Source: Octopus vulgaris
Lineage: Eukaryota
Direction of reading: 5' to 3'
NCBI GenBank assembly: GCA_951406725.2
Contig: OX597838.1
Location: 744,001-808,000 of the forward strand
DNA: 64,000 bases
Shown: piece by piece, positions 26,971-41,499 of the stretch
Layout: each line of letters starts with the position of its first letter
Position numbering within the stretch: the first letter of the stretch is position 1
Position numbers and translations under genes: made by a program
Notes under the pieces: model-generated
Databases searched by the model: none
What the model saw: the letters and a program-made list of their open reading frames with translations, nothing else
Told to the model about the DNA's origin: nothing

Positions 26971-28679
26971 TCTCTATCCTGTTTTATCTTAGTCATATAC
27001 TGCGCTACATTTCAATTCATTAAACCACCTCACCTACAAAATTTAGTCTTCGAACTGAAAACATATTCATACATGCATATCTCTCCCATTTCTCTGTCAG
27101 TCCTTCCCTTTCTCTCCCTCTCTCTTCCTCTCCCTCTCTCTTCCTCATTCCTCCTCTCTTTCTCTCCTCACACACTCTCTTCCAGCCTCACGTTGGCGTT
27201 TCTTGGTTGCTAAAATTTCGCTCCGAAAGTTTCCTTCTAAAATTCACAAGTAAACATGTTTATGTCCACAATATTAGGTGACCCTGCGGAACATTAGGTC
27301 ACAGGAATGTGTTTATGTCTATAACCAACATGGTAGCCTTTGCTGGTCGGTCAGCCTGCTAGAAATAACAGTCAAACTCCCCCTTCCCCCGTCCATTATG
27401 CTATAGTACGTGGTTCAATCTCTCCATGGAACCGAAGAAATCAAAGGGGATTCATATCTCCCTCCTCTTCACCCTTTTAACTACGTGTATGTCCTTAGGT
27501 CAACGATACTGATCCAAGGGGACAATACCAAACTACTATAAGATATACCCACAATGGGATAAATAATATAAAAGGCAAACATGAAGTTAGTTTCGCCCAG
27601 GTTCGTTCTCGGATCAGAACCGCGGCCACTTTAATGTATTTAAAAACTGGAGCGAAAAATGCAGTTTGTCTGCAGGTCAGCCTTCCCTGTAACTGTCCAT
27701 TTTGCTCAGTTTGTACCGAAGACCCTAATTTTATCTGATATGTCCTTTAAACCTTTCGCTCCGAATTTTGCACAATCAGTTTTTATTTTATTTTCCGCTT
27801 CTTCAGACCTTCATTATCTACCATAATTAAAATCTAAACTTTATTTTTATCGCTACATATGATTTTTGAATGTGGGACAAAAGTGTCCCAGTAGTATTCT
27901 AATGAAAAAATCGCTATTAATTATAAATATCATAATTTATAATTAACCAGGAACATTAGATTATCTATTCTTATTGTAAGTTTCATAAGTTTCAATACCC
28001 CGAATTACAAATCCCAGAAATAATACAACCACTTCTCCCACTTATAATTTCATCGTTTCTTAGACATTGTCTCCTTAAAGGCAGCTGTATTCAGAAAGCT
28101 TTGGCAATTGTGCGAACGTACGCTTTGACAAAATCACCACTAATCAAGAAGAGCTGGGCTAAGCTAAATATTATGTAAAATAAGATGTTTATCAACATAT
28201 CAATATCTTAAAAGTTTTGGAAGACAGCATAAGTCAGTTTTATACGTTTTGACTTTACAAAAAAAAAAAAAAAAGAAAAGGAAATTGCTTTTAAAACTTA
28301 TTGGTCAATTCATAGTTCGGCGAATTTTACAAATATGGAAAGCTTCTTTCACATGTGTGCTGCCAACTTTAAATAGAAAATGTCACCCTTATTTCAAAAT
28401 GAAAGCAGCTCGAACAATCGGCCAGAAATGCTTGGCTTTTATACCCCGTCTACGAAGTTCTTTCTTCGTAATTTCGCAAATATTCGAAAATTACTCTAAA
28501 TTATCCGAGCAATAAAGTGATTATAGTATCATAACTCTGAAACGCAGAAATTGGAGCTTCTTAATCTGTTGGAAAAAAACACCACTTTCCTTGTTATACC
28601 TTATTAGCTGCTATTTTGAACAGTGTCAGCCATTATTACTTACACACACAAATATAAATTGTTCGAATTCATTCTTTAA

Positions 28680-28890
28680 CTCTTTTTTACTCTTTTACTT
28701 GCTTCAGTTATTTTGACTGGAGCATCGCCTTTAGTCGAGCAAATCGACCCCAGGATATACTCTTTGTAAGCCTAGTACTTATTCTATCGATTTCTTTTGC
28801 CAAACCGCTAAGTTACGGGGAGGCAAACACACCAGCATCGGTTGTCAAGCGATGTTGGGGTGACAAACACAGACACACAAACATATACAC
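28680..28890 (-). mobile_element. SINE 3' half (microsatellite-containing family)
   Basis: Matches 55621-55830 and the reverse complement of 14420-14620. Confidence 0.85.
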
Positions 28891-28892
28891 AC

Positions 28893-28999
<107 letters not shown>

Positions 29000-29604
29000 A
29001 CGTGTTTTGCTTGTTTATATGCTTCTGTATCGCCCGACATTTCATATGGAGAGTCATTGCTGATGGTCGAGGATGGACTGCTTCTGATGAGGAGGATGCT
29101 AATGATCCTTGCGCACACACTCATACACTTGCACTAATGATTACGATGATGATGATGATGATGATGATATATTTATACGTGTATATACATGTGCGTGTAT
29201 ATACATGTGTGTGTGTATGTGATTGTGTGTATACAGTCATAAGTTCGTGTGTGTGTGTTGGCTGACATGTATATTTAATGTGTGACTTGTCTCCGTACAA
29301 AAGGGAGATGATGACCTTTTCGGTAAACGCTCCATCAATTTGCAGACAGACACGTGATAGCATACTTAATAGCGAGTGATTGGCTCTCAGTGTGTGTGTG
29401 TGTGTATTAACGCATCTGTACATAGTTATACATACGTTTATCTACATCTACCCTTGTGTGCGTGTGCACGGGTGTATACGTCTATAAGTGTATGTTTGTA
29501 TTTATATATTGACGTGTTCTTGTCGGACGTGTGTGTCTGTGTGCGTGTGTGTGTTGCGCAACGTTTGAATTTCTTAATCGCTTTCGTAACTGATTGTGAT
29601 ACTT

Positions 29605-29693
<89 letters not shown>

Positions 29694-30099
29694 CAGTAGT
29701 AGTAGTAGTACAGTTGTCGTTGTTGTTTGCTCAGATGACAATAAACAAACAAAAACTGTGAAACAAAAGGAGAGCAAACAACCCCGTTCCCCCACCACAC
29801 AGTCCCCCCTGACCCTCCCTCCCTCCCTCCCTCACTCTTTTCCCATTTATTTCTCGTCCCCTCATCTATAATTCATTTGCCTCACCCACCCCCACCCCAC
29901 AGCCCCAACCCTGCACCAGCGTCCATCATTCGCCAATAAACACCATCTTGAGACAAAAATAAACAAAACGAACCATCATCATCATCAACAGCAACATCGA
30001 CAACACCAACACCAATAAAAACAACAGCACATCACCACAACCAGCATCATCATCATCATCATCACCAACAGCAACAGTGACAGGGATGTGAGAACGCTG

Positions 30100-30249
30100 C
30101 CAACTTCCGTCGTTGTCCGTCGTTATTTGTTTGTGTTCCCTGGTTACACAGAAACGGAATTATTTGGATTAAGAGGTGGCGGCCATTCTTAAGCAATGGT
30201 GGAGACACGAGACTGATGCGTCACAGACGCTGCTGCTGCTGCTGCTGCC

Positions 30250-30280
<31 letters not shown>

Positions 30281-30436
30281 AACCATTCAGAGATTTTCAC
30301 GTGTTGCGTGGCTCCGAAGAAGCGTTGTCGTTTGCTTTTGCAACAGACGGAAGCGATAAATGTTAAAGAACACTTAGAGCCGTTGTTATCAATTCTCAAA
30401 TGTTGGCTTCAAACGCTTTGATGCTGATTGCTTCTG
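30100..30436 (-). other. Candidate exon start (strong 3' splice site); 3' boundary unknown
   Basis: cttgatttctttcttttag|CAG|AAG (NAGNAG) at 30437, followed by unique CpG-richer sequence with a CAG repeat. All frames close within about 50 nt. Confidence 0.3.
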
Positions 30437-31217
30437 CTAAAAGAAAGAAATCAAGTTTTTTTTATGTCAACAACAACAAAAAAATAATAATAATAATAAG
30501 CAAAAAAAAAGGCAAAATCAATAATTGATTGAACGTCATTGATGAGATTTTTACTTCGAGTTCCTCCTCTTCTTTCTTCGTTTCCTTCTTCCCTTAACAA
30601 TAATTCAATCTCGCCTTAATCCAAACTGGATTAGTTTGCAATGCTACGACAGATTCAGGGTAAATAATGTTTTATTTTAGTTTTTGCCTTATTTTTATCT
30701 TTTATGGGGACAAAGTACTCCATATGCTTGATGGAGCCCTCTATGAAAAGGGTAGGAGAGAGGGAAGGAGTGAAGGAAGGAGGTGAGGAGGAGGTAGATG
30801 ATGTGTCCTCAAAGCAAAGATCCTAAGGTGTCACGTGATGGTGTCGAACTCTTGGAAGTCACGGTGGGATTTGAACCTAGAACGGAAACAATCGCAACAA
30901 ATACTGCAGCAAGACATCCGCTGCGCTGTTCTTACATTTCCAGGAATTCACTGTCTTTGGATTGCTACTTTTTTATTGATCCCGAACAGAGTGCCATGTA
31001 TGTATGTATGTATGTATGTATGTATGTATGTATGTATGTATGTATGTATGTATGTATGTATGTATGTATGTATGTATGTATGTATGTATGTGTGTATGTA
31101 TGTATGTATGTATGTATGTACGTACGTACGTATGTATGTATGTATATGTATGTGTGTACATACGTATGTATGTATATATATGTAAGTACGTATGCATGTG
31201 TGTATGCATGTATGCCA

Positions 31218-31675
31218 TTATTCAGTTTTCAAGATTTTTTGCCATTAGAGAAAGAACTGGTTTCTAACCTAGATTCAAAGTTCTTTCACAGGAATTTCAA
31301 CATCAACAGCGTATTTTTGTCTGTCTGTCTGTATGTATGTATGTATGTATTATGTAAGTATGTTTTTCTTCTGTTTTTAATTCTTCAAATTCTTTCTCCG
31401 AGGAAAGTGCTAGTCTCAACCAAAGATACAAACCTCCATCGTTGGAATGTAGAAAACAAAAACAATGTCCCATTTCTAAACTTGAGAAAAGTCTTGCACA
31501 TTTTTACTGTTCCACTTACAGATTATATTTGTAATGTGTGAGTTGGGTGATTGATCTATTTTTCTGAAAATCCAAGCTTATCCAGATTGTCACTTAGGCA
31601 TCGTTTACCAACAAAACCAAATGCTCCAATTATTATTGGCATAAATGTGAATTTATCCTCTGGATATAGAAGCTC
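31218..31675 (-). mobile_element. R4/Dong-like LINE 3' end (ORF C-terminus plus 3' UTR) ending in (CATA)n
   Basis: Translates LLYPEDKFTFMPIIIGAFG...LDKLGFS...SGTVKMCKTFLKF, homologous to the C-terminus of the 941-1465 ORF (LLYPDYKFRFIPEIIGAL...LEKLGFS...TGAVKISKTF). Confidence 0.8.
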
Positions 31676-31676
31676 T

Positions 31677-31880
31677 TGGCACAAGGCCCGGAGTTTTTTT
31701 AGGAATGGGCCAATCGATTAGATCGACCACAGTACGCAACTGGTATTTAATTCATCGACTCCGAAAGGATGAAAGGCAAAGTCAACCTCGGCGGAATTTT
31801 AACTCAGGACGTGGCGACGGGCGAAATACCACCACGCATTTAGTTCAGCCTGCTAACGATCCTACCATCTCGCCGCCTCA
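31677..31880 (-). mobile_element. tRNA-derived SINE (10266 family)
   Basis: CGAAAGGATGAAAGGCAAAGTCAACCTCGGCGGAATT, reverse complement of the 10266 body. Confidence 0.85.
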
Positions 31881-33240
<1,360 letters not shown>

Positions 33241-33748
33241 CTGATTGGAAGTGTTATCATGTACATTGTTTTGTCTTGGTATAAAAGATGGGCCACAGCA
33301 AATATTCTGCTCAATACCACAGATTTGCTTGTCAGTTGTTTGACCTTAACCAGTTGAGCATGTCCTTTAGTGGTTGACGATATGTGCATCTCTGATCACG
33401 AGCAGAAGTAGTGGGGGAGCATCATAGCCGTGTGTTGAGAGGGATTCTTTGGTGTTTGAATAATTCACCTCTGGAAACATGGGTGTTTCGTTCAACGTCC
33501 TTAAACAACCCTTATTCAGGGACCTTTCGAGTGGGATGGGTTACTCGACCTGAAGAAAATTCTAACTGGGCCCCACCTGCAAGGTCATGTGCTGTTTATC
33601 TTGATATGAGATCACTATGTCGCGCACACATGGTTGTGATGCATGTGCCTTGTGTACCCTTATCAGACGGGTAGTCATGATGGGTATACTGGGCTTCGTA
33701 TATTTTACCCCAGTGTCACTTTGATGGCATGCACTGCTCTCTCACTCA
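33241..33748 (+). mobile_element. Non-coding insertion bounded by (TAA)n on both sides; probable 3' UTR of a TAA-targeting (Dong-like) LINE
   Basis: Complex sequence ends sharply in ...CTCTCTCACTC-AATAATAAT. Dong elements are known to insert into TAA repeats. No ORF evidence here. Confidence 0.5.
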
Positions 33749-33789
33749 ATAATAATAATAATAATAACAATAATGATAATAATGGCTTC

Positions 33790-33966
33790 AAATTTTGGTA
33801 TAAAGCCAGCAATTTCGGGGGAGGAGTAAGTTGATTACATTGACTGGTACTCATTTTATCGACCCTGAACTAACGAAAGGCAACGTTAACCTCGCCGGAA
33901 TTTGAAATTAGAACGTGAAAACGGACGAAATGGCTTTAAGAAGTTCGCTAACGGGCGAACGATTCT
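33790..33966 (-). mobile_element. Degenerate SINE (10266 family)
   Basis: CTGGTACTCATTTTATCGACCC...GAAAGGCAACG...CGGAATTTGAA. Confidence 0.75.
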
Positions 33967-34007
33967 GTATGTATGCATGCGCGCGCGCTTGTGCATGCGT
34001 GTGTGTG

Positions 34008-34040
<33 letters not shown>

Positions 34041-34549
34041 ACGTGTGTGTGTATGTGTGTGTGTGTATGCATACATACATATATACATACACACATACAT
34101 TCATGCATACTCACACATCCTTACATACACACACATACATGCATACACACACATACATACACACACATACGCACCCCTACATACATACACACATACATAC
34201 ATACACACATACACATACATACATAGACACATACATATTTAAAGTTACCGGTGAAATTTCAAAATCATTAATTACAACGTATTTCTATCCAATAAAATGT
34301 GTGTGTAGGTGTATGAGTATGTGTATATATGTGTGTGTATGCATGAGTGTGTGTCGGAGTATGTATGTGTATAACTGTAGTCACGCAAACATTAGTATGT
34401 GCTAATGTAGGCGTGACTGCATGTGTGTGTGTGCATGTGTATGTGTGTATGTATTAACGACACTGCGCATGTGTATGCATATATGTGTGTGTGTGTGTGT
34501 CTATTTAAATGTGAAACCGTTTAAAGCATGGGGAAAAGTTTGGAGAAAA

Positions 34550-34800
34550 GAATGGCGCTAACGACGGTTAATTGCTTTGAATGTTGGCGGGAAATCTGTT
34601 TTCATTGAGAGAGGCCGGCTGCTGTGGAAGAAAGAGCCAAAGCTGGATGAGTCAGCGCCAAAGAATCTTTGAATTTCTTTGAGGCAGCAACACATTTCGA
34701 CAAGGTTAAGGTTGGAAACTAAGTATAAATACATCTGTTAGTTAACTAGTGGAGTGAAGGGAGGGACAGGACGTGTGGCGGCGGGGAAATAGCAGCTAAA
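34550..34800. promoter_or_regulatory. Possible regulatory island
   Basis: E2F TTGGCGGGAAA (about 34584), AP-1 TGAGTCA (about 34648), TATA-like GTATAAAT (about 34723). Confidence 0.3.
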
Positions 34801-34846
34801 AGAAGGAGGGGTGAGGACCGTGACTGGAGAATTGAAGAGGCAGTTA

Positions 34847-34883
<37 letters not shown>

Positions 34884-35379
34884 CTGTTGTTGTGGGGGGG
34901 GGGGACGAAATGCATCTAGAGTTATCCGATGCAATAATCCAAGGAAAGACAGAATTCGAGGAAACAAATTAAGGGATTATAACTAAACTTTGAGAATTTA
35001 GTTTTCGACTATTATGGGACCAGATCATATCCTACTAAATTGCTCTTTGTATGTGCACGTGTGTGCGCGCGCGCGCGCGTGTGTATGTGTGCGTGTGTAA
35101 AAGAAGAGGAAGCACACTCAGACACGTACACATACACACACACATACACACACATGATGAATTCCGGTTCAGTGAACGTTGCCTTTCATCCATTTGAGGT
35201 TGATAAAGTACCAGTCATGTACTGGGGGTGGGGAACTCTCCCTCTGTCTGACTTTCTCTCCAGGAAGGTATTGGATCAATCTGGAAAGCGATGTGCTCCA
35301 CCAGGGCCCCCAAAATGCCCCATACGTCATGACGTCACTCCTATGATTATATCAAGGAGATAATGCAAGGCAATATACA

Positions 35380-35422
<43 letters not shown>

Positions 35423-35601
35423 ATGTGTGTGTGCATGTGTGCGTGCGTGAATGCGTGCGTTCGTGAGGAAAAGTGAAGTGGAACATGAAACAATTCAAGG
35501 GAAAAAATGCAAATTAAACTTGTAACATCTCTCATCAACCACAAAGACCGGAGTTAATGTAGTTTCGGTGCATGTTAAGTTCAAATACATCATACACACA
35601 C

Positions 35602-35694
<93 letters not shown>

Positions 35695-35702
35695 CACACA
35701 CG

Positions 35703-35784
<82 letters not shown>

Positions 35785-35787
35785 CTG

Positions 35788-36082
35788 TGAAGACGCGTAG
35801 TTTGGTGCTTAGGGCGCTGCACTGGCAATCACTATGTCATATGTTCGATTCTCGGACCAAGCGGCCCGTTGTGTTCTTGCACAAAGCGCTCCGTCTCCCA
35901 TTGCTCCAGTTCGCTTAGCGGTAAATGTGTAACCCTGCGACGGACTAGCCTTCCCGTTAAGGGAAATGTTGGCCTGCTCGCCAGTGGGGTTGCATCATTC
36001 GAAAACTAAAATAATGCAAAGGTATGTTGTGACCAGCGATGTATAAGAACATCCGATTGTCTAGTCTGGCCAATCACGTGAT
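35788..36082 (+). mobile_element. Degenerate tRNA-derived SINE
   Basis: GTTCGATTCT B box, V-domain-like ACCCTGCGACGGACTAGC, and a 3' tail TTGTGACCAGCGATGT shared with 47995-48282. Confidence 0.75.
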
Positions 36083-36089
36083 ATATATA

Positions 36090-36815
36090 CAGGATGCGTA
36101 AGGTATTTGAGGACATACCGTTATTGGGACATTGCTGCATTTTTTTCTTAGCTCTGTATAATCTTTGTTTCAGAAAATAATAATGGCAGACCCTCACCTT
36201 ACTCAAGAAATGAAGAGGTATGTTGTTATTGTGGTTATAAAAATTGAGCATTTAGAAATATCTCGATTTTTAAAAGTTGCCAGATCTTTCGTCTACAAAA
36301 TTTGTAAGGAGTTAGAGACTGAAGATGGAAACATATCACCAGTATCAAAGCATAAAAAGCATTTTCTAAACGCTCTGAAACCATCAGAACACCGGAATTT
36401 ATCCAACAAGTTCATCAGGCCATTGATTAGAATCCCAGAAATTCCATGAGGTCAATTGTAAAAGATTACCATGTGTCAGAAGGATCAGTCAGAAATGTTG
36501 TCCAAGAAGACCTCAGATAAAAGTGTTATATAATGAGGAAAGGTCAATTTGTCCGAAAAAGCAAAAGATTCTCTGAAAGCTGCCCCCGTCAGAGTAATGT
36601 CCAAAATGAACCAGGACCACTTGATTCGAGCATGTAGAGGATTTAGATCTCATATAGAAGCAGTTGTTAAGCTGAAGGTGGTTTTATTGAACAACATTAT
36701 AGAAAAGAAGGTTTATTTTTTATCCTCATAACATTTTTTGATAAATAAAGTTATTATCTGTTATTATATATGTTTTTTTTATAAACATAATTCTCTCCTC
36801 AAATATCTTACGCAC

Positions 36816-36819
<4 letters not shown>
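36090..36819 (+). mobile_element. Internally deleted Tc1/mariner (maT/DD37D-like) DNA transposon
   Basis: Imperfect TIRs CAGGATGCGTAAGGTATTTGAGGA / TCCTCAAATATCTTACGCACTCTG with TA on both flanks. Retains an N-terminal HTH remnant (EISRFLKVARSFVYKICKEL) and a C-terminal SLKAA...LIRACRGFRSHIEAVV. The catalytic core is absent. Confidence 0.85.
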
Positions 36820-36858
<39 letters not shown>

Positions 36859-36898
36859 ATATGCGTGGCTTATTAGCAATTTAACAACCTAAAGGCAA

Positions 36899-36949
<51 letters not shown>

Positions 36950-37004
36950 CATGCAACATACATACATGCATACATACATACATACATATATATATACACA
37001 TATA

Positions 37005-37460
37005 TGGGAGAGATCCACAATCCTTTGTGTCGATGTACATTTGGCGATTCTGACAGTTTCGCACATACCCCTGGAAATTAAGAATAAAATAATTGGTAAA
37101 ATAATAATGGTCTTAATTAGATCTTCATTAATTATTGTTAAAGAAATGTTTGGCAAAGTTTCAATTTTCTCTTCTAGCTTCATAAGCACGAAATGGTTAA
37201 TTCTTTAAATACTTTAGCTTTAAAGTATGAAATAATGGAATTTGGTTTTTCTGAGAATTTTATTAATAGGAGGAGAAACTTTAACAACTTCACCACAGGG
37301 GTCATGATGGTTTAATTGTGAGATTTGGTCTGTTTTTTTATTGAAGAACTAAAATGCCATTTGATAGGCATGTGAACAATGCCTGGGTTGTAAGTTCACC
37401 AATCTGTTGATTTGGGTTTTGCATCAGAGACCAAAAAGCCTTAAAAAATCCTTCTCATTT
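37005..37460 (-). mobile_element. Possible decayed Penelope-like element 3' part
   Basis: Weak GIY-YIG C-terminal-like fragments and a CGAAACTGTCAGAAT motif near the TA-rich end; heavily degenerate. Confidence 0.25.
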
Positions 37461-37463
37461 AAA

Positions 37464-37540
37464 ATGTGCCACGCAGTAGGGTTGAACCCGGAAACATGTG
37501 ATTCAGAAGCAAACTTCTTACCACACAGCCACACCTGCGG
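37464..37540 (-). mobile_element. SINE head fragment
   Basis: GTGCCACGCAGTAGGGTTGAACCCGGAAAC...CTTACCACACAGCCAC matches 55960-56030. Confidence 0.75.
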
Positions 37541-38197
37541 CTATAATTCATTAATGTTTTTATTTTCTTCCGTCCCATCCCTTTCACAATAATCTTGTGA
37601 AACATTATATTTCCATGTTTTGCAGTAAATACTCAGACCTTTCGGCGCAGTTTTCATTGCAGTTGTTTTGTAGTTTCAAAGATTGTCGTAAACTTTGGTG
37701 CCGGAAATGTTGAAGGCAAGTTGGTTCGGTGTTGTGTTCTCATTAAATTTATGAGAAGTTATTTTGCGCATTTAGTAGGTAATATTTGGAAATTAAAATA
37801 TTGCGTATATAGAGTGAAACTGGAGCCTCCACCAAGTGTCCGATATTGTGTCCTATCAAAACGTCCCGATATTTGGTCGCTGAAGATTCCTAACCGCTCC
37901 TGCATATATTCAAGATTTTCGTTAAGATAGAAATAAATAATAAAAGTTCTTTGTTCTAAATTTAAATTCTCGGAACTAATTTGAACAAAAGAAGGCTAAA
38001 AACAATATATTCAAGGTTAAATTATTCCGTATTTAATTTTTCTTGTTTGCAATATAATCTTGGAATAACAAAAAGATTTTGCTGCCAACAAAGATGCAAG
38101 AAATTTTGGTGAAAATCACTCCATTACATTTCGTTTTTGGATTTGGTTTGCAAGATTCTTTATATGAGTTCGTGTGTTGAAGCATATTCTGTTGTGT

Positions 38198-38413
38198 CTG
38201 GGGAGAGTCATTTTCTTTTTGTGTCTTATAATGTAACATACTCACCAGTAAAATTTCCACTTCTTTCTTCTTTTATATTTTTATTTTGTGCACCGTTGAA
38301 ACTAGGCCATTTATTTCACGTTCGGTCTTTCCAAAGATCTTTAAAAACAAGTGGAAATTTTACCGGTGAGTGTGTTACATTATAAGGCACAAAAAGAAAA
38401 TGACTCTCCCCAG
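38198..38413. repeat. 65-bp inverted repeat with 86-bp spacer (fold-back/MITE-like)
   Basis: Arms 38198-38262 and 38349-38413 differ at 3 positions. Confidence 0.9.
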
Positions 38414-38954
38414 TCACTCCATTACGTTTGACACTTACTCACCTCTCGTAATTAATTGATGTGGACAACTAAACAACATGGCATGTTAAATCGGCGCTCA
38501 TCACACTTTGTGCCCTGGTTACTCACAGTTACAGGCCAGGACTGTTTTGTGTAAGAGGGTGACGCAGCCATTGGCTTCTGTTAAAATAGGTTTGTCATAA
38601 GGTTTATATCTGCAGCTTTGCATCATGGCAGACAAAGGAAGGAGAACTTGACTTGCTTGATGTATTTATCAGCTGGATTTGTAATGAGGTTATTACTCTC
38701 TACAACAGGGTCTATAATACTATAGTCTCTGACTTTCTATACACCCCCTTGAGAAGTGCAAACATTTACTCTTTCTAGGGAGCTGCTGATATACATACAT
38801 ATATATTTATTTATTTATCATCATCTTCCTCTTCCTTCTCTACCCCTTCCTCTTCCTCCTGCTCCTCCTCCTCCTCCTCCTCCTCATTATTATTATTATT
38901 ATTATTATTTTATTGCCTTTTGTATTTCACCCTTATGATGGAATATAAGTGGGT

Positions 38955-39335
38955 TTAGTCACGGATAACATGTCTGCTTTCTTTTCTCAAGCACCAAATA
39001 TATCTGGTCTGTTATGCTTTAAGACAGGTTCCGTTTCGATAGGAACGTCTCAAAAACGCTTGACCTCATCATCCTCAGTCACCTGTTCAGGTGTATGCTT
39101 ATACCACTTGTCTCCCGATGGAAGTCCATATTTCTTACGCACCTCTTAACGGATGATGTTTTGCAACAGAATCATGTCTCCAAGATTTGTTCTCTTTCTT
39201 TGCCAGTTTGGAACATTCACCTACTTTGTGGCTCGCTGTTTCTTCTCATTCATCGCACAAGCTGCACAATGGTGATACATTGACCCATGCCTTACATTTT
39301 GCACTGTTTGTCCATGGAGCTTGATCTCCAGCTGT
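38955..39335 (-). mobile_element. R4/Dong-like LINE fragment (zinc knuckle to RLE)
   Basis: KKYGLPSGDKWYKHTPEQVTEDDEVKRF*DVPIETEPVLKHNRPDI, with a frameshifted CCHC/RHD region upstream. Confidence 0.8.
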
Positions 39336-39752
39336 TACGATTATATATATATGTATATTTGTGTGTGTGTGTGTGTGTGTGTATACACACATTATGCTAT
39401 TATATTATATGTGTATATCTATATTTAGGTATATTCATGTATACATATATGTATATATATGTGTGTGTATAAATATAAATATGTATATATATGTGTGTAG
39501 TTGAAGTTGAAGCACCAGATTTTTCTGCAGCAGAGAAATTGTCTTAAATGTATAAGAAGACACCATCACCACTGCGACCAACACCACCACAACAACCATC
39601 ACTACCACACCACCTCCTCCACCATCACAATAACAAACACCACCCTCACCACCACTATATCTCCCCCCCCTCGCCCAATGTGATAATACTGTATTTGTGT
39701 CCAATAAAACAAGTGATTAGTTGTTTGTGTTCGATCACACAGGAATTTCTCT

Positions 39753-39967
39753 GACCGGAAATTGGTTCTCACTGTTCAATGAGGATCTACAGGATTGGTG
39801 GTGGGGGTGTCTGTTGACTGATGACGTCACCATCAGCCCCACCACTACGGTGAGGGGGGTTGGAAGTTGGTGGCGGAGTGGTGGTCATGGCAATTCTGAT
39901 TTATCCTCCCACTTCCGGCAGTACCAATAACCAATACTGCCGCATGCGTGAGATTGATTTCCGGTTA
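39753..39967. promoter_or_regulatory. Promoter-like island
   Basis: Three ETS cores (ACCGGAAA 39754, ACTTCCGG 39911, TTTCCGGT 39958), several CCAAT/ATTGG, CRE TGACGTCA (about 39822), NRF1-like CGCATGCG (39941). Confidence 0.45.
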
Positions 39968-40007
39968 GAGATTATGTCACAACAACAAGGAAATATTTGT
40001 TATTCTG

Positions 40008-40049
<42 letters not shown>

Positions 40050-40545
40050 CACAATGTATGTATCTCATATGTATCTCGTCACATACGTATATATGAATGT
40101 GTGTATGTGTGTGTATGCATGTATGTGTGTTTATGTGTGTGTGTGTGCTTATGTGTGTGTGTGTATGTATGTATGTATATATATATATATATATATACAT
40201 GCGAAGATGTATGCATATTTATTCGAAAATATACGAAATTAATAGGTGTGGATGTATAAGTACTTATGCATGTATATATGAAATTATGTGGGAACGTGTG
40301 TGTGTGTGTGTGTATTTGTTGTATATTTGTTCCTGTGTAATGGCGATATGTAAATGCTTTTGTGCGGTGAGGGGTGGGGGCTGGAACAGAAGTCTTTTAC
40401 GCACAGCATAACGCATGTTGTTTATATACACTCTGAAGTGTGTCAGTGTTTATCTAGGTCTGGCTTTATCTGCACGTGAGTGTATAAAAGCCTATAGATG
40501 TGTACATCGCCATATCTACATGTCCTTGTGTGTGTGTGTGTATGT

Positions 40546-40599
<54 letters not shown>

Positions 40600-40649
40600 C
40601 GTGTGTGTTATTTTTTTCTTATATCTAGAGACTGTGTATGTGCTCTGAC

Positions 40650-40760
40650 AAAAGTTGTAGAAGCAGTTCGAATTCCGCCGAGGTTATCGTTGCCCTTCAT
40701 CTTTCGGGTGCTGATAAACGGGATACCAGTAAAGTACGGAGGTCTACGTAATCGATTAAA
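40650..40760 (+). mobile_element. Degenerate SINE (10266 family)
   Basis: GTTCGAATTCCGCCGAGG...GCCCTTCATCTTTCGGG. Confidence 0.7.
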
Positions 40761-40918
40761 CCAGCGATGCATCACCACAGCGACAGAGCCAAACACTGGA
40801 GGAATTTCAGACTTGATTAACCCGGCTTGGGTCAACTGGGGGCGGTGGGGGTGGGAGGAGTGATGATGAATCCCAGAAAGCTGTATCTTACACATAGACA
40901 CTCGCGCGCGCTCCTCTT

Positions 40919-40958
<40 letters not shown>

Positions 40959-41086
40959 TCTCTCTCTCTTATTATAGAGATTTCGTTGATAGGTTTACTC
41001 AATTGGTCTATTGATCGGTTGAGAAAAATTGAATGACCGAAAGAAATTGATGAGCTATTTCTGGTTATAACTAAGCAAAGCATGTG

Positions 41087-41118
<32 letters not shown>

Positions 41119-41128
41119 TGTATGTATG

Positions 41129-41159
<31 letters not shown>

Positions 41160-41221
41160 GCATGTATGTATGTATATATATGTTACATATACATGCATAT
41201 ACGTATATATATATATATAGT

Positions 41222-41408
41222 GAGAGTTTACGAAAAAAACAAAAGAGGAAGACAGGTGGTGTACAAAACAAACAGATGTATTAGTATAACGCTCAGGAAT
41301 AGAAAAAGTCTTTTACGTTTCGAGCCTACGCTCTTCCACAGAAAGATACACAGAAAAAAACAAGGAGATAAAAAAATGTGTATAGTGGCTAACGATCTAT
41401 CATGACGT
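41222..41408 (-). mobile_element. Penelope-like terminal remnant, second copy of 1993-2206
   Basis: Reverse complement aligns along its length and includes the hammerhead-like motif at 41309-41346; flanked by TA runs. Confidence 0.7.
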
Positions 41409-41410
41409 CG

Positions 41411-41446
<36 letters not shown>

Positions 41447-41499
41447 CACACATACATATATGTGTGTGTGTGTTAGATAGATAGATATCTTTTGTTGGT

